From positions 1,152,001 through 1,216,000 of the forward strand of contig CBDBOV010000004.1 in NCBI GenBank assembly GCA_965208575.1: a stretch of 64,000 bases of DNA. The letters run 5' to 3'. The translations under genes were made by a program, and so were the position numbers. Below, in pieces: positions 40,081 to 50,539 of the stretch. The notes under the pieces are model-generated. The model was not told where the DNA came from. It searched no databases and saw only the letters and a list, made by a program, of their open reading frames with translations. This stretch comes from Spirochaetia bacterium. Lineage in GTDB: Bacteria; Spirochaetota; Spirochaetia; SZUA-6; Bin103. Numbering within the stretch: position 1 is the first letter of the stretch; the number at the start of each line of letters is the position of its first letter.

Positions 40081-41718
40081 CTAGTCCTCGACCAGCCACC
40101 GGCGCAGCGCGCGCGCCGCGTCTTGCGGTCGCCGGCGGGCCAGGTGCTCGGCGCTGCGGCGCATCTGCTCCTGGTCCGCCAGGCCACCCGGTCTCCCGGT
40201 CCCGAACACCCGCGTCGCGCTGCTCAAGCGCGCCGTGCCGCCGGCGGCGCGCGCCGCCCGGCGGCGGCGCTGCCGCCGGCGCACCACCACGACCAGGGCG
40301 AGCAGCAGCAGCGCGGCGGCCGCCGCGGCGGCCGCCGGCAACATGCTCAGCAGCCATGCCTCCCGGCGCAGCAGCACGTCTTCCTGCGCGAACTGACTGC
40401 TGCGGTCGAACTGCAGATGCTCCACCGTGACCGAGTCGCCACGCTGCCGGTCCCAGCCGATGGCGTCCTGAACCAGCAGCGTCGCCTTGCGCAACTCGTC
40501 GCCGGGAACCGGGGTGTACGTGCGCCGCACGCTGCCGTCCTGGTTCAGGGCGACGCCGCCGTCGGGCCGGAACTCGGTGCGCCACACGCCGTCGAGGGCC
40601 ACGCTCACCGTGATGCGGTTGATCGCCCAGGGGCTCTCCTCGCGCACCGTGTTGCGCCGGTTCACCACCTCGCTGCGGCTCGTCGAGCGGCGCTCGTAGT
40701 GCTCGCCGGCAGCGCCGTCGCCGCTGCTCCTGGTCTCCGTCTCCTCGTCCTCGGCGACCGTGATCGAGGGCACCCGCAGCGCTTCGTCGGCGTCGGTGAG
40801 CGGATCGTCCTCGCGCAAGGCGATCGGGAAATGCTCCTCCGTGGTGGTCGACTGCGAAGACAGGTCGAGGTCGATGTCGAGGCGGACGATCTGCACCCGG
40901 TCGGCGGAGAAGATATTGCCGAGGGCGGCGACGATTTCCCGCGTGTAGCGCTGCTCCAAGCCGTACTTGGTATCCAGTTGGCGCTCCACCAGGGTCATCC
41001 GGCTGCGTCCCGAAACGCCGCCCGGATCGTTCACCTGGACGCCGCGAGGATCGAGGATCACGATGTGCTCGGCGCTCAGGCCGGCCACCGCAAACTGTAC
41101 GAGCCGCTGGATGCCGTGCACCCGATGGTGGTCGTCGAGAATCCCGGAGCCCTGGCGGGGCGTTATCACGATGGAAGCGGTGGTAGGGAGTTGATCCTCC
41201 GCGAACAGTTCGCGTTCCGGCACTACCAGGGTGACGTGGGCGGCGGCGACGTCGTCGAGCGCCTCGAGGTGCTGTTCGAGGCTGCGCGTGAGGGCGCGCT
41301 GAAGGTTGACGCTGCGTTCGAAGTCGGTGACCGAGAATCGCCCGAGGTCGAATATCGAGAACGGGTCGGTTTGCGAGGGTACCAGGTCTTCGCGAATCAG
41401 GATGCCGCGCAACCGGCGCGCCGAGTCCTGGTCGGACACGAAGATGCGGTCACCGGCGCGGATTTCGTACTCCACGCCTTCCTGATCGAGCCGGCCGGCG
41501 ATGCGCAGCAGTTGCCCGGCGTCCTCGACGGGGGCATTGATCAGTGGCACCATCCGCACACCGGCGTTCAATGGCCCGCCCTCGCGTGATGCCCCGATCA
41601 ACCCAGCGGCGACCACCGCGACGGCGAGCGCGCCGCCGAGCGACCAACGCTGCGCCCCGGTCAATCTGCCCCAAAAGCCAAACGCCTGTTGCCGCATACG
41701 CGGCAGTACGTCGAGCAT
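40081..41718 (-). CDS. fliF: Flagellar MS-ring protein FliF
   Basis: Two TM segments, TDFER.VN.QRAL, AHVTLVVPERELF, VQFAVAGL..E.IVILD, RITVSVALDG and RGDSVTV. Confidence 0.93.
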   Translation of the reverse strand: MLDVLPRMRQQAFGFWGRLTGAQRWSLGGALAVAVVAAGLIGASREGGPLNAGVRMVPLINAPVEDAGQLLRIAGRLDQEGVEYEIRAGDRIFVSDQDSARRLRGILIREDLVPSQTDPFSIFDLGRFSVTDFERSVNLQRALTRSLEQHLEALDDVAAAHVTLVVPERELFAEDQLPTTASIVITPRQGSGILDDHHRVHGIQRLVQFAVAGLSAEHIVILDPRGVQVNDPGGVSGRSRMTLVERQLDTKYGLEQRYTREIVAALGNIFSADRVQIVRLDIDLDLSSQSTTTEEHFPIALREDDPLTDADEALRVPSITVAEDEETETRSSGDGAAGEHYERRSTSRSEVVNRRNTVREESPWAINRITVSVALDGVWRTEFRPDGGVALNQDGSVRRTYTPVPGDELRKATLLVQDAIGWDRQRGDSVTVEHLQFDRSSQFAQEDVLLRREAWLLSMLPAAAAAAAALLLLALVVVVRRRQRRRRAARAAGGTARLSSATRVFGTGRPGGLADQEQMRRSAEHLARRRPQDAARALRRWLVED

Positions 41719-41795
41719 GTTCCCCTCCCACGGCACGGATCGACTTGCCGCCGCCGCAGGGTAGACGGCCGCGGACAAGCCCTTCCGGTACCATA

Positions 41796-41824
41796 GTTAT
41801 GCGTGAGCGGCGCGCTATTGTCAA
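41796..41824 (-). promoter_or_regulatory. Putative sigma70 promoter of the reduced fliF operon
   Basis: TTGACA-17 nt-CATAAC; a GGGAGG RBS precedes the fliF ATG. Confidence 0.65.
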
Positions 41825-41835
41825 CCGCGGCCGGC

Positions 41836-41855
41836 ACGAAAAAACGCTTTTTCGT
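41836..41855. terminator. Weak AT-rich inverted repeat just downstream of hslU
   Basis: ACGAAAAA-ACGC-TTTTTCGT; could be a weak terminator or an operator. Confidence 0.3.
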
Positions 41856-41859
41856 AGCG

Positions 41860-43284
41860 CTAAAGGATGAACCGCGTCAGGTCGCGATCTTCTATTATCT
41901 TGACCAACCGTTCGTCCACGTAGCCGGTCGTAATGGTAACGGTCTGGCCCTTCAGATCGGGCGCGTTGAAGGACAGATCCTCGAGCAGATGCTCCATGAT
42001 GGTGTGCAGGCGGCGCGCACCGATGTTCTCGGTGCTGCGGTTCACTTCCGCGGCCAGTTCCGACAACCGGTCGACCGCGTCATCGGTGAATACCAGGGTC
42101 ACGTCCTCGGTGGCGAGCAGCGCCTCGTACTGGGTAATCAACGCGTTGCGCGGCTGTGTGAGAATGCGTTTGAAGTCGTCGCGACCGAGATCGTCGAGCT
42201 CGACACGAATCGGAAAGCGGCCCTGCAGTTCGGGGATCAGGTCGGATGGTTTGCTCATGTGAAACGCGCCGGCGGCAATGAACAGGACGTGCGCGGTGTC
42301 GACCACTCCCCACTTGGTGGTTACCGTACTTCCTTCGACGATCGGCAGTATGTCACGCTGTACCCCTTCACGGGAAACGTCGGCGCCGCCGCGGGTGTCC
42401 TTGGCCGCCACCTTGTCGATTTCGTCGAGGAAGATTATTCCCATCTGCTCGACGCGTTCGATCGCCAGCTCCGACACACGCTCCTTGTCGACCAGCCGGT
42501 CGATCTCCTCGGCCATCAGGATCGCGCGCGCGCGGCGGATCGGCACCTTCTTCTTTTTCTTGCGGCCACCAAACAAATTGCCAAGACTGCCGAGATTGAT
42601 GTCCATCTCCTCGAAGCTCTGACCGGAGAAGATTTCGATTGCCGGTCCGCTGCTGTCGGCGACGCTCACCTCGACCAGCTTGTCCTCCAGCTCGCCCGCC
42701 CGAAGACGCTCGCGAAACCTGTTTACCGTGCCGTTTTCCGGCGCCGCGGGAGACGCGGTGGGCGGCGGCGGCGGCGGCGCAAACCCGGCCGGCGTTGCGG
42801 CCGGCGTTGCGGCCGGTGCTGCGGCCGTCTGCGGCTTCCTGGGCTGGCCCGGCGACAGACCGGGCAGCAGCAACTCGATGAGCTGCTGTTCGACGCGATT
42901 CTCGGCCTCTTCCTGAATGCCTTCCTGCAACTCGGTCTTGACCATCGACACCGCCACCGAGGCGAGATCGCGCACCATCGACTCGACGTCGCGGCCGACA
43001 TACCCGACCTCGGTGTACTTGGTGGCCTCCACCTTGACGAACGGCGCTCGGCACAGCTTCGCCAGGCGGCGCGCAATCTCGGTTTTGCCGACACCCGTGG
43101 GACCGATCAGGATGATGTTCTTCGGCGTAACCTCATCGCGCAACTCGTCCGGCAACTTGCGCCGGCGCAGGCGATTGCGGAGCGCAATCGCAACCGCTTT
43201 CTTGGCTTGTTGCTGGCCCACGATGTAGCGGTCGAGCTCGCTCACGATCTCGGTCGGGCTGAGCTTGTCCAGGTCGATGCTCAT
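41860..43284 (-). CDS. hslU: ATP-dependent protease ATPase subunit HslU
   Basis: [41 protein letters not shown] and [10 protein letters not shown]. Confidence 0.98.
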   Translation of the reverse strand: MSIDLDKLSPTEIVSELDRYIVGQQQAKKAVAIALRNRLRRRKLPDELRDEVTPKNIILIGPTGVGKTEIARRLAKLCRAPFVKVEATKYTEVGYVGRDVESMVRDLASVAVSMVKTELQEGIQEEAENRVEQQLIELLLPGLSPGQPRKPQTAAAPAATPAATPAGFAPPPPPPTASPAAPENGTVNRFRERLRAGELEDKLVEVSVADSSGPAIEIFSGQSFEEMDINLGSLGNLFGGRKKKKKVPIRRARAILMAEEIDRLVDKERVSELAIERVEQMGIIFLDEIDKVAAKDTRGGADVSREGVQRDILPIVEGSTVTTKWGVVDTAHVLFIAAGAFHMSKPSDLIPELQGRFPIRVELDDLGRDDFKRILTQPRNALITQYEALLATEDVTLVFTDDAVDRLSELAAEVNRSTENIGARRLHTIMEHLLEDLSFNAPDLKGQTVTITTGYVDERLVKIIEDRDLTRFIL

Positions 43285-43808
43285 GACAGCTCCTCGACGG
43301 TGATTTCTCGGTTGGTGTACACGCAAATGTCGGCCGCGATCTGCAACGAACGGACCGCGATGTCGCGTGGGCCGTGGTCGGAGCTGTCCAGGAAGGCGCG
43401 CGCGGCGGCCAGGGCGTAGTTACCCCCGGAACCGATGGCGATGGCGCCGTGATCGGGCTCCAGCACATCGCCGTTGCCGGAGATGAGCAGGGTCTTGCCG
43501 GCATCGGCCGCCAGCAGCAGCGCCTCCAGGCGACGCAGCAGGCGGTCCGATCGCCACTCCCGCGCCAGCTCCACCGACGCCCGCGTCAGGTCGCCGCCAA
43601 ATTCCTTCACCTTGCCTTCGAACCGGTCGAACAGCGTGAACGCATCCGCCGTGCCACCCGCGAACCCGACCAGGATAGCACCGTCGGCGATCGCGCGCAC
43701 CTTGCGCGCGCCGCCCTTGACGATGGTCGCGTCCATGGTCACCTGACCGTCGCCGGCCATCGCCACCCGCGTGCCGCGGCGCACGGCGACGATCGTCGTA
43801 CCGTGCAT
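43281..43808 (-). CDS. hslV: ATP-dependent protease subunit HslV
   Basis: [32 protein letters not shown] and ICVYTN. Confidence 0.97.
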   Translation of the reverse strand: MHGTTIVAVRRGTRVAMAGDGQVTMDATIVKGGARKVRAIADGAILVGFAGGTADAFTLFDRFEGKVKEFGGDLTRASVELAREWRSDRLLRRLEALLLAADAGKTLLISGNGDVLEPDHGAIAIGSGGNYALAAARAFLDSSDHGPRDIAVRSLQIAADICVYTNREITVEELS

Positions 43809-43855
43809 TGCCGTTCCAAGCATTGAATTGCCGTACATGGAAGTACCTGCTCCCC

Positions 43856-45043
43856 TCATTGGTCTTCTGCCCGGCCCGATTGCGCAGCGCTCGCCCGGCC
43901 GGGCTTGCCCGTGTTGCGATTCTTGCCGTCGTCCGCGCCGTGGCGGGGCGGCGGCGACTCCGATTCCGCGACCGCGCGCGGATGCGCGCCGCGGTGCACC
44001 TCCCGCAGACGCGCCAGACTGGTGTGGGTATAGACCTGCGTGGTAGAGATGCTTGCGTGCCCGAGCAGCTCCTGCACGACACGCACGTTGGCCCCGGCGT
44101 CCAGCAGGTGGGTCGCGAACGAGTGGCGCAGGCTGTGCGGGGTCACGCGCTTGTCGATTCCGGCTGCCGCCGTGGCGGCGCTGACGATGCGGCGCGCGGC
44201 GCGGTCGCCAAGGCGCCCGCCGCGGCGACCCAGAAACAGTGCGTGGCGAGCCACCGGCGCGGGTGCCGAAGGCGGCTTGCTCCAGGCGCGCAACAGGGCG
44301 GCGCGCAGCGGCAGGTAGTGCTGCAGCAGCGTGCGGCACGCGGCGCCGAAGAACACGACCCGCTCCTTGTTGCCCTTGCCCAACACGCGCGCGCGGCCCG
44401 CGTCAGGCTCGACGTCCGCGACGTCGAGGCCGACCGCTTCCGACACGCGGCAGCCGCTGCCATACAGGAACTCCAGCAGAAGCACGTCGCGCAGGTTCCA
44501 GAAGTCGTCCTCTGCGCCGTCCGTGGTGTCGGTGGTGTCGGTGGTGTCGGTGGTGTCGGCGGCGCTGGCGTGCGCGCCGCCCGCGTCGATCAGTCTCTGC
44601 GCCTCGGCGGCGAACAGAAAGCCCGGCAGGCGCTTGCCGGCTTTCAGGCCGCGCTGGCCCTGCGCGGGGTTGGCGTCCGGCGCCGCCGGCGTGCCTTCCA
44701 GATAGCGATAGAAGCCGCGCACGGCCGACACCGCGCGGTTGACGCTGGCCGCGCTTTGCCCGGCGCGCGTCAAATGGCCCACGAAACCGCGAACCTGGCG
44801 CGGCGTCGCCTGTGCCGCGGGCACCCCGACGCTGGCCAGGTACCCAAGGTAGCGCGCCAGGTCGCCGCGATAGGCGCGCACGGTCTGCGCGGAGTAGCCG
44901 CGTACCACGGCAAGGTAGCTCAGGTAACGCTGCACGCCGCCGTCGGCAGGCGCGGGCGCCGCCGGCTGCGGCCGCGCCGCGGCTGCGGCGGCGTTCGGGT
45001 CGGTGGCCGCCGGCGGCTCTGTCGGTGCCCGGTAACTCTTCAT
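43856..45043 (-). CDS. xerC: Tyrosine recombinase XerC-like
   Basis: [28 protein letters not shown] and [15 protein letters not shown]; located between dprA and hslV. Confidence 0.88.
   Translation of the reverse strand: MKSYRAPTEPPAATDPNAAAAAARPQPAAPAPADGGVQRYLSYLAVVRGYSAQTVRAYRGDLARYLGYLASVGVPAAQATPRQVRGFVGHLTRAGQSAASVNRAVSAVRGFYRYLEGTPAAPDANPAQGQRGLKAGKRLPGFLFAAEAQRLIDAGGAHASAADTTDTTDTTDTTDGAEDDFWNLRDVLLLEFLYGSGCRVSEAVGLDVADVEPDAGRARVLGKGNKERVVFFGAACRTLLQHYLPLRAALLRAWSKPPSAPAPVARHALFLGRRGGRLGDRAARRIVSAATAAAGIDKRVTPHSLRHSFATHLLDAGANVRVVQELLGHASISTTQVYTHTSLARLREVHRGAHPRAVAESESPPPRHGADDGKNRNTGKPGRASAAQSGRAEDQ
44523..44558 (-). repeat. In-frame 9-bp repeat x4 (DTT) in xerC
   Basis: GTGGTGTCG x4 on the plus strand. 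Confidence 0.9.
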
Positions 45044-45045
45044 CC

Positions 45046-46125
45046 TCACCTTTCGGTTCCGTCGATTCCGCGATCGTCGCCGGCAGCGGCGATGCCGCCG
45101 TGCGCCGGTGCCGCCCGCCCGGCCTGCTCGGCGGCAAACATCCTTGCCAGCCACGTTCCCGCGGCACGCTGCCGGGGCGGCGGCGCCAGCGTACGCAGCC
45201 GCCCGCCGCCGCCGAGCGGATGCGGCACGCCGGCCTCGCGCAACACGTCGCCGGCATCGGTCGCCGGCAGCGCCCCCTCCTCGACCAACTGCGCACCGCC
45301 CGCGGCACGCGGCCCGTCCAGACCGTCCGCCGCCACCAGCACGTCGCGGCCCTGGTCGGCCGCGCAACGCGCCGTGATGAGAGCCCCCGACCGGGCCGGC
45401 GCCTCGACCACGACCACCGCACGGCTCAGACCCGCCACGATGCGGTTGCGCTGGGGGAAATGGTGCGCGAGCGGCGCCACTCCGGGTGGGAACTCGCTCA
45501 CCAGACAGCCGCTCCGCAGGATCCGCATTGCCACCTCCCGGCTGCTCGCGGGGTAGATCCGGTCGATGCCGCAACCGAGCACCGCGACCGTGGCGCACCC
45601 CTCACCCCGCCAGCCGGCCAGACTGCCGCGGTGGACCTCCAGGTCGATCCCGCGCGCCAGACCCGAAACCGACGTGACCCCGGCACGCGCCAAGTCGAAA
45701 CCGAACGCATACGCGGTCCATCGGCCGCGACCGGTGGGCTGCCGCGTGCCCACCACCGACACCAGCGGCGCCGGCGGCGGCGGCAGGCGGCCGCCGCGAT
45801 GAAAGAGTACTACCGGTGGATCGAAAATCTCCCGCAGGATCCGCGGGTAGCGGGGCTCCCACAGAAAAGTGCACTGCCACACCTCTCGGGTCAAGCGTTC
45901 GGCATCGGCGCGGGCGCGCTCCAGCCATGTGGACGGCGAGAGCGTCGGCTTGCGCAGCCGCCGCCCCAGCAGCGCCGCCAGCCGCTCCGCCGACAGGTCG
46001 GCGAACTCGGCCAGCCGACAGCGGCGCAGCACCGTGCAGCGCTCGATCGGCCGCAGGAAAGACATTCTCGCCAGCGCCAGCGCAAGCAGCCGGCGCGCAC
46101 CAGGTTCTCGTTCTGCCCATCTCAC
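45046..46125 (-). CDS. dprA: DNA-processing protein DprA (Smf)
   Basis: [36 protein letters not shown] and SGALITA. Confidence 0.95.
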   Translation of the reverse strand: MRWAEREPGARRLLALALARMSFLRPIERCTVLRRCRLAEFADLSAERLAALLGRRLRKPTLSPSTWLERARADAERLTREVWQCTFLWEPRYPRILREIFDPPVVLFHRGGRLPPPPAPLVSVVGTRQPTGRGRWTAYAFGFDLARAGVTSVSGLARGIDLEVHRGSLAGWRGEGCATVAVLGCGIDRIYPASSREVAMRILRSGCLVSEFPPGVAPLAHHFPQRNRIVAGLSRAVVVVEAPARSGALITARCAADQGRDVLVAADGLDGPRAAGGAQLVEEGALPATDAGDVLREAGVPHPLGGGGRLRTLAPPPRQRAAGTWLARMFAAEQAGRAAPAHGGIAAAGDDRGIDGTER

Positions 46126-46157
46126 GCCTCATATAACGGAATCGGAACCGTCGCGCT

Positions 46158-47114
46158 TCATCCGCGCGGATGGTAGCGGCGGTGCTCGGCGTGCAGTTGC
46201 TCGCGCTCGACGTGCGTATAGATCTGCGTGGTAGCAAGATCGGCGTGGCCGAGCAGTTCCTGCACCGAGCGCAGATCGGCGCCGCCGGCGAGCAGGTGGG
46301 TGGCGAACGAGTGGCGCAGCGTGTGCACCTTGGCGTCGATTCCGGCACCCACGCACACCTGCTGAAAGCGTTTCCAGATGCCCTTGCGGGACAGACGCCC
46401 GCCGCGCTGGTTGAGAAATGCCGCGTCGGTGGCGGCGCCGCGGCGCACCAGGTGCGGGCGCGCTTCGGTAAGGTAGCGGCCGAGCCACGCGACCGCCGGC
46501 TCCCCGAGCGGCACGATGCGTTCGCGCGAACCCTTGCCGAACACGCGCACGCACGCCTGGGCAAGGTACAGGCGCCCGCGGTCGAGCGCCACCACCTCCC
46601 CGACCCGCAGCCCGGCGGAGTAGATCAACTCGAACAGCGCACGGTCGCGGATGCCGGCCGGGGTGCCGGTGTCGATGGCGGCCAGGAAGCGCTCCACCTG
46701 CGCCACCGACAGCACGCGGGGGATGCGCCGTCCGGAGCGCGGCGGCGCGACCCGCGCCGCCGGGTTGTCCGCTTCTCCGGCGCCATCGGCGAGGCCGGGA
46801 GCGTGCGGACGCTCCGCGCGCAGGAACCGGTACCAGGCGCGCAACGCGCTGAGCGCCTTGGCCAGCGTGCCGCTTCCGGCGCCTTCGCCCTGGCGCACCA
46901 TCAGATAGGCGACCACCTCGCCGGCGGCGCCGTCCGGCGCCGCCGGTTCCGGCGGCGGGGCGGCGGGGCGCGCCGCCAGGTGGGCGATGTAGCGGCGTGC
47001 CTCGGCGGCGTACGCCTCCACCGTCAACTCGGCAAGCCGTTCGACCGAGCGCAGGTAGTCGGCGAACTCGCCGACCAGCGCGCCGTTGGCATCGGTTGCC
47101 GGTTGTGCCGCCAC
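46158..47114 (-). CDS. xerD: Tyrosine recombinase XerD-like
   Basis: [35 protein letters not shown] and TTQIYTH. Confidence 0.9.
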   Translation of the reverse strand: MAAQPATDANGALVGEFADYLRSVERLAELTVEAYAAEARRYIAHLAARPAAPPPEPAAPDGAAGEVVAYLMVRQGEGAGSGTLAKALSALRAWYRFLRAERPHAPGLADGAGEADNPAARVAPPRSGRRIPRVLSVAQVERFLAAIDTGTPAGIRDRALFELIYSAGLRVGEVVALDRGRLYLAQACVRVFGKGSRERIVPLGEPAVAWLGRYLTEARPHLVRRGAATDAAFLNQRGGRLSRKGIWKRFQQVCVGAGIDAKVHTLRHSFATHLLAGGADLRSVQELLGHADLATTQIYTHVEREQLHAEHRRYHPRG

Positions 47115-47155
47115 GGACGGCTACCGCGCGCGCCGCCGCGGCTCCGTGATTCGGG

Positions 47156-48328
47156 TCAGGACGAGGCCGCCTCGCCGCCGCGGCGGTTGCGCAGCACCGT
47201 CGGCACGCTCAGGTCGTCGAGCGAGGTGGCGCGCGAACTGGCCACCGGCTCGTGCTGGCTCAGCACGTCGGCGCGCTTTCCGAGCCCTTTGTTGAGCTCG
47301 ACCCACTCGTGGTACGAGATGATCTCGGGACTGGAGTCGGAGCTGTCGGCGACCGCGGCGGCGCCCTCGCGCTGGAACCCGGTGGCGATCACCGTGACGC
47401 GGATCTCGTCGTCGAGCGTATCGTTGATACTGGTTCCGCAGATGATCATGGCATCGTCCGAAGCACTGGTGGTGATGATCTGCAGCACCTCCTCGTACTC
47501 GGTCAGCGACATGCCGTCGTCGCCGGTAACGTTGACCAGGATGCCGCGCGCACCCTCGATGCGGGCGTCTTCGAGCAGCGGGTTGTTGATGGCGTTGGTC
47601 GCCGCGTCGACGGCGCGGTTGTCGCCGCCGCCGATGCCGATGCCCATCAGCGCATCGCCCTGGCCCTGCATGATGGTGCGCACGTCGGCGAAGTCGATGT
47701 TGATGACGCCGGGCACCGTGATCAGGTCGGAGATGCCTTGCACACCCTGCCGCAGCACGTCGTCGGCGAGCATGAACGCTTCCCGCAGCGGCGTGCGCCG
47801 CTCCACGATCTTCAGCAGATGCTGGTTGGGAATCACGATCAGGGTATCCACTTCCTTGCGCAGGCTCTCGATGCCCTCATCCGCGAGGCCCATCTTGCGG
47901 CGCCCCTCGAAGTCGAACGGCTTGGTCACCACGGCGACGGTAAGTATGTCGTGCTCGCGGGCGGTGCGCGCGATCACCGGGGCCGCACCGGTGCCGGTGC
48001 CGCCGCCGAGGCCGGCCGTGATGAACACCATGTCCGCACCCTTCAGGACGTTCTCGATCGAACCCTGGTCCTCAAGCGCCGCCTTTTCGCCCATCTCCGG
48101 TATGCCGCCGGCGCCGAGACCGGCGGTGAGCTTGCTGCCGATCGGCACCTTGGTCTCCGCATGGCACAGATCGAGCGCCTGCAGGTCGGTGTTCACGGCA
48201 ACGAAGTGTACGTTGCGCAGGCCCGACTCGATCATCCTGTTGGTGGCGTTGTTGCCACCGCCCCCGACGCCGATCACCTTGATGTCGGTGATCCCCGGAG
48301 TGTGCTCGTTGTGCAGTTCAAACGTCAT
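47156..48328 (-). CDS. ftsZ: Cell division protein FtsZ
   Basis: [25 protein letters not shown] and the C-terminal DLSVPTVLR. Confidence 0.99.
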   Translation of the reverse strand: MTFELHNEHTPGITDIKVIGVGGGGNNATNRMIESGLRNVHFVAVNTDLQALDLCHAETKVPIGSKLTAGLGAGGIPEMGEKAALEDQGSIENVLKGADMVFITAGLGGGTGTGAAPVIARTAREHDILTVAVVTKPFDFEGRRKMGLADEGIESLRKEVDTLIVIPNQHLLKIVERRTPLREAFMLADDVLRQGVQGISDLITVPGVINIDFADVRTIMQGQGDALMGIGIGGGDNRAVDAATNAINNPLLEDARIEGARGILVNVTGDDGMSLTEYEEVLQIITTSASDDAMIICGTSINDTLDDEIRVTVIATGFQREGAAAVADSSDSSPEIISYHEWVELNKGLGKRADVLSQHEPVASSRATSLDDLSVPTVLRNRRGGEAASS

Positions 48329-48380
48329 GGTTCCCCTCCCGTTACGTTTGGCCTAGTCGTGTCTCGCCGGAGATTCCTGT

Positions 48381-49619
48381 TCAGAAGAATTCCCCGAACC
48401 ATTTCCTCATGCGGGCCCACACGCTGGTGAATCCCGCTTCGCTGGTATCCAGATTGAGTTGCTCGACCCCCAGGTGGGCGGCGCCATACTGCACCAGTCC
48501 CACTCCGGTGGCGAAAATGGGACTGTGGTATTCCTCCACCAGTCCTCCGAGGCGCGCCGGATAGCCGATGCGTGCCGGCAGGCCGAAGATCTCCGATGCC
48601 AGTTCCTCGGTGCCCGGCAGCAGCGACCCGCCGCCGGTCATCACCACGCCGCCGGCGAGGCGCGACAGGTAGCCGGCGCGCTCGATCTGCGTGCGTACGC
48701 TGCCGAGCATCTCCGACATGCGCGGTTGAATGATCTCGGTCAGTTCGCGGCGCGTGATGATGCGCGGTGGACGCCCGCCGACCCCCGGAATGCTGGTTTC
48801 CGCATCGGGCTCATCGAGCATCGGCAGAAAGCAGCAGCCGGCGTCGCGCTTGACCTGCTCCGCGGCCTCGTTGGGCGTGCGCAGCATGATCGACAGGTCG
48901 CTGGTCACGTGGTCGCCGCCGACCGCAAGCACCTCGGTGTGATAGGGAGACCCCTCGATGTGCACCAGCACGTCGGTGGTGCCGCCGCCGAGATCGACCA
49001 GCAGCACGCCCAGCTCCTTCTCGTCGTCGGTCAGCACGGAACGCGCGGAGGCGAGCGGTTCCAGCACAATGTCGCTGACCTTGAACCCCGAGCGATTGAC
49101 GCACCGGATGATGTTCTGCGCCGACGACACCGCGCCGGTCACGATGTGTACTTCCGCCTCCAGGCGCACGCCGGTCATGCCCAGCGGACTGCGGATGCCG
49201 GCCTGACCATCAACGATGTACTCCTGAGTGATGACATGCAGCACCTCGCGGTCCATCGGGATCACGATCGCGCCGGCCGCTTCCTTGACGCGGTCGATGT
49301 CGTCCTGGTCGATCTCGCGCTTCTTGCCGGTAACGGCCACCACGCCGCGCGAGTTGACGCTCTCGATGTGGCCGCCCGCAATGCCGGCGTAGACGTCCTG
49401 CACCTCGCGCCCGGACATCATCTCGGCCTCTTCCACCGCCGCCGCGATCGACTTGACCGTGGCGTCGATGTTGATCACCACGCCGCGCCGCAGCCCGCGC
49501 GACGGTGTGATGCCGACGCCGGTAATCTCGAGACTGCCCTGCTCACCGATCTGGCCGATGATGACGCACACCTTGGTCGTGCCGATGTCGAGGCCGACAA
49601 TCAGATCGTCAGTCGCCAT
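48381..49619 (-). CDS. ftsA: Cell division protein FtsA
   Basis: GLDIGTTKV, DLGGGTTD, VMTGGGS and the amphipathic tail KWFGEFF. Confidence 0.97.
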   Translation of the reverse strand: MATDDLIVGLDIGTTKVCVIIGQIGEQGSLEITGVGITPSRGLRRGVVINIDATVKSIAAAVEEAEMMSGREVQDVYAGIAGGHIESVNSRGVVAVTGKKREIDQDDIDRVKEAAGAIVIPMDREVLHVITQEYIVDGQAGIRSPLGMTGVRLEAEVHIVTGAVSSAQNIIRCVNRSGFKVSDIVLEPLASARSVLTDDEKELGVLLVDLGGGTTDVLVHIEGSPYHTEVLAVGGDHVTSDLSIMLRTPNEAAEQVKRDAGCCFLPMLDEPDAETSIPGVGGRPPRIITRRELTEIIQPRMSEMLGSVRTQIERAGYLSRLAGGVVMTGGGSLLPGTEELASEIFGLPARIGYPARLGGLVEEYHSPIFATGVGLVQYGAAHLGVEQLNLDTSEAGFTSVWARMRKWFGEFF

Positions 49620-50539
49620 CAGCCGCTCCCCTCGGCAACCGCCACCGGGGAGGCGCCGCGCAAGTCGAGCTCGGCGAACTGCGCCATGGCGCCCTCCGCG
49701 GACCGGGTGCGCACCAGGTCGAGCAGCACCAGTGCCTCCGCCAGGTGGCTCTCGTTCAACTCGGGGCCGAAGCGCAGCACGGTGTCGAAACCGATCGGAA
49801 ACAAGAGCAGGTCGAATCCGGCGGCGATCGCTTCGGCGCCGAGCGGGGCGGCGGTCGACGGCGCGCCGATCGGCACCAGCCGGATCTCGGAGATCAGGGT
49901 GGCGAGCACCGGATCCGACGCCGTCAGCGCGGACAGGTCTGCAAGCACGCCGCACACCGGTTCCGGAAGGTGTGCGCCCGGCTGCAGCAGTTCCGCGGCC
50001 AGTCCGCTCAGCGCCGGCACGTCGGCGGCGTCGTGGTGTCCCCACGGCGCGACGCCGGCCAGAAACACCAGGCCGTCCCGGTCGACCAGCGCCGCGCGCG
50101 AGGAGCCGTCCGGTTCCACCGCCAGCAGCACCGCCGCCGCCGTGCGCGCCGCAAGATCGAGGCGCAGCGTGTCCGGGAAGCGCATCGACACGGCGGCGTC
50201 GCGCACGAGCAGGTTCTGCTCCAGGCGCGCTTCAATGGCGGCCGCGTCCAGCGAGAAAAACTGTTCGTCGCCGGTAAGCCCGGCCATCGCCAGCACCTCC
50301 GCGTCGCTCAATGCCAGTTCGGTGGCCACGTTCACGGTAGTCAGGTGCAGGCGCGGCGCCAGCAGCAGGAGGAACACCGCCTCCAGGGCCAGCATCAGCA
50401 GCAGCGTGGCGATGACGAGTCTCAGCACGCGCCGCATGCGCGCGCGCCACGGGTGCAACCGGCGCGCCAGCCAGCCCCGCTGCGCACCGCTCAGCGTGCC
50501 GCTGCCCGGCAGATTGGCGCCTTGCGCAACGGTGCTCAC
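49619..50539 (-). CDS. ftsQ: FtsQ/DivIB-like POTRA protein
   Basis: TM followed by POTRA (LSDAEVL..AGL, VRDAAV.MRFPDTL) and a C-terminal LDLR; located between ftsW and ftsA. Confidence 0.82.
   Translation of the reverse strand: MSTVAQGANLPGSGTLSGAQRGWLARRLHPWRARMRRVLRLVIATLLLMLALEAVFLLLLAPRLHLTTVNVATELALSDAEVLAMAGLTGDEQFFSLDAAAIEARLEQNLLVRDAAVSMRFPDTLRLDLAARTAAAVLLAVEPDGSSRAALVDRDGLVFLAGVAPWGHHDAADVPALSGLAAELLQPGAHLPEPVCGVLADLSALTASDPVLATLISEIRLVPIGAPSTAAPLGAEAIAAGFDLLLFPIGFDTVLRFGPELNESHLAEALVLLDLVRTRSAEGAMAQFAELDLRGASPVAVAEGSG

Noticed and set aside
43856-47114. Two tyrosine recombinases as evidence of a mobile element
   Set aside because: They are XerC/XerD-like and sit in the conserved ftsZ-xerD-dprA-xerC-hslVU context, with no att sites or cargo.
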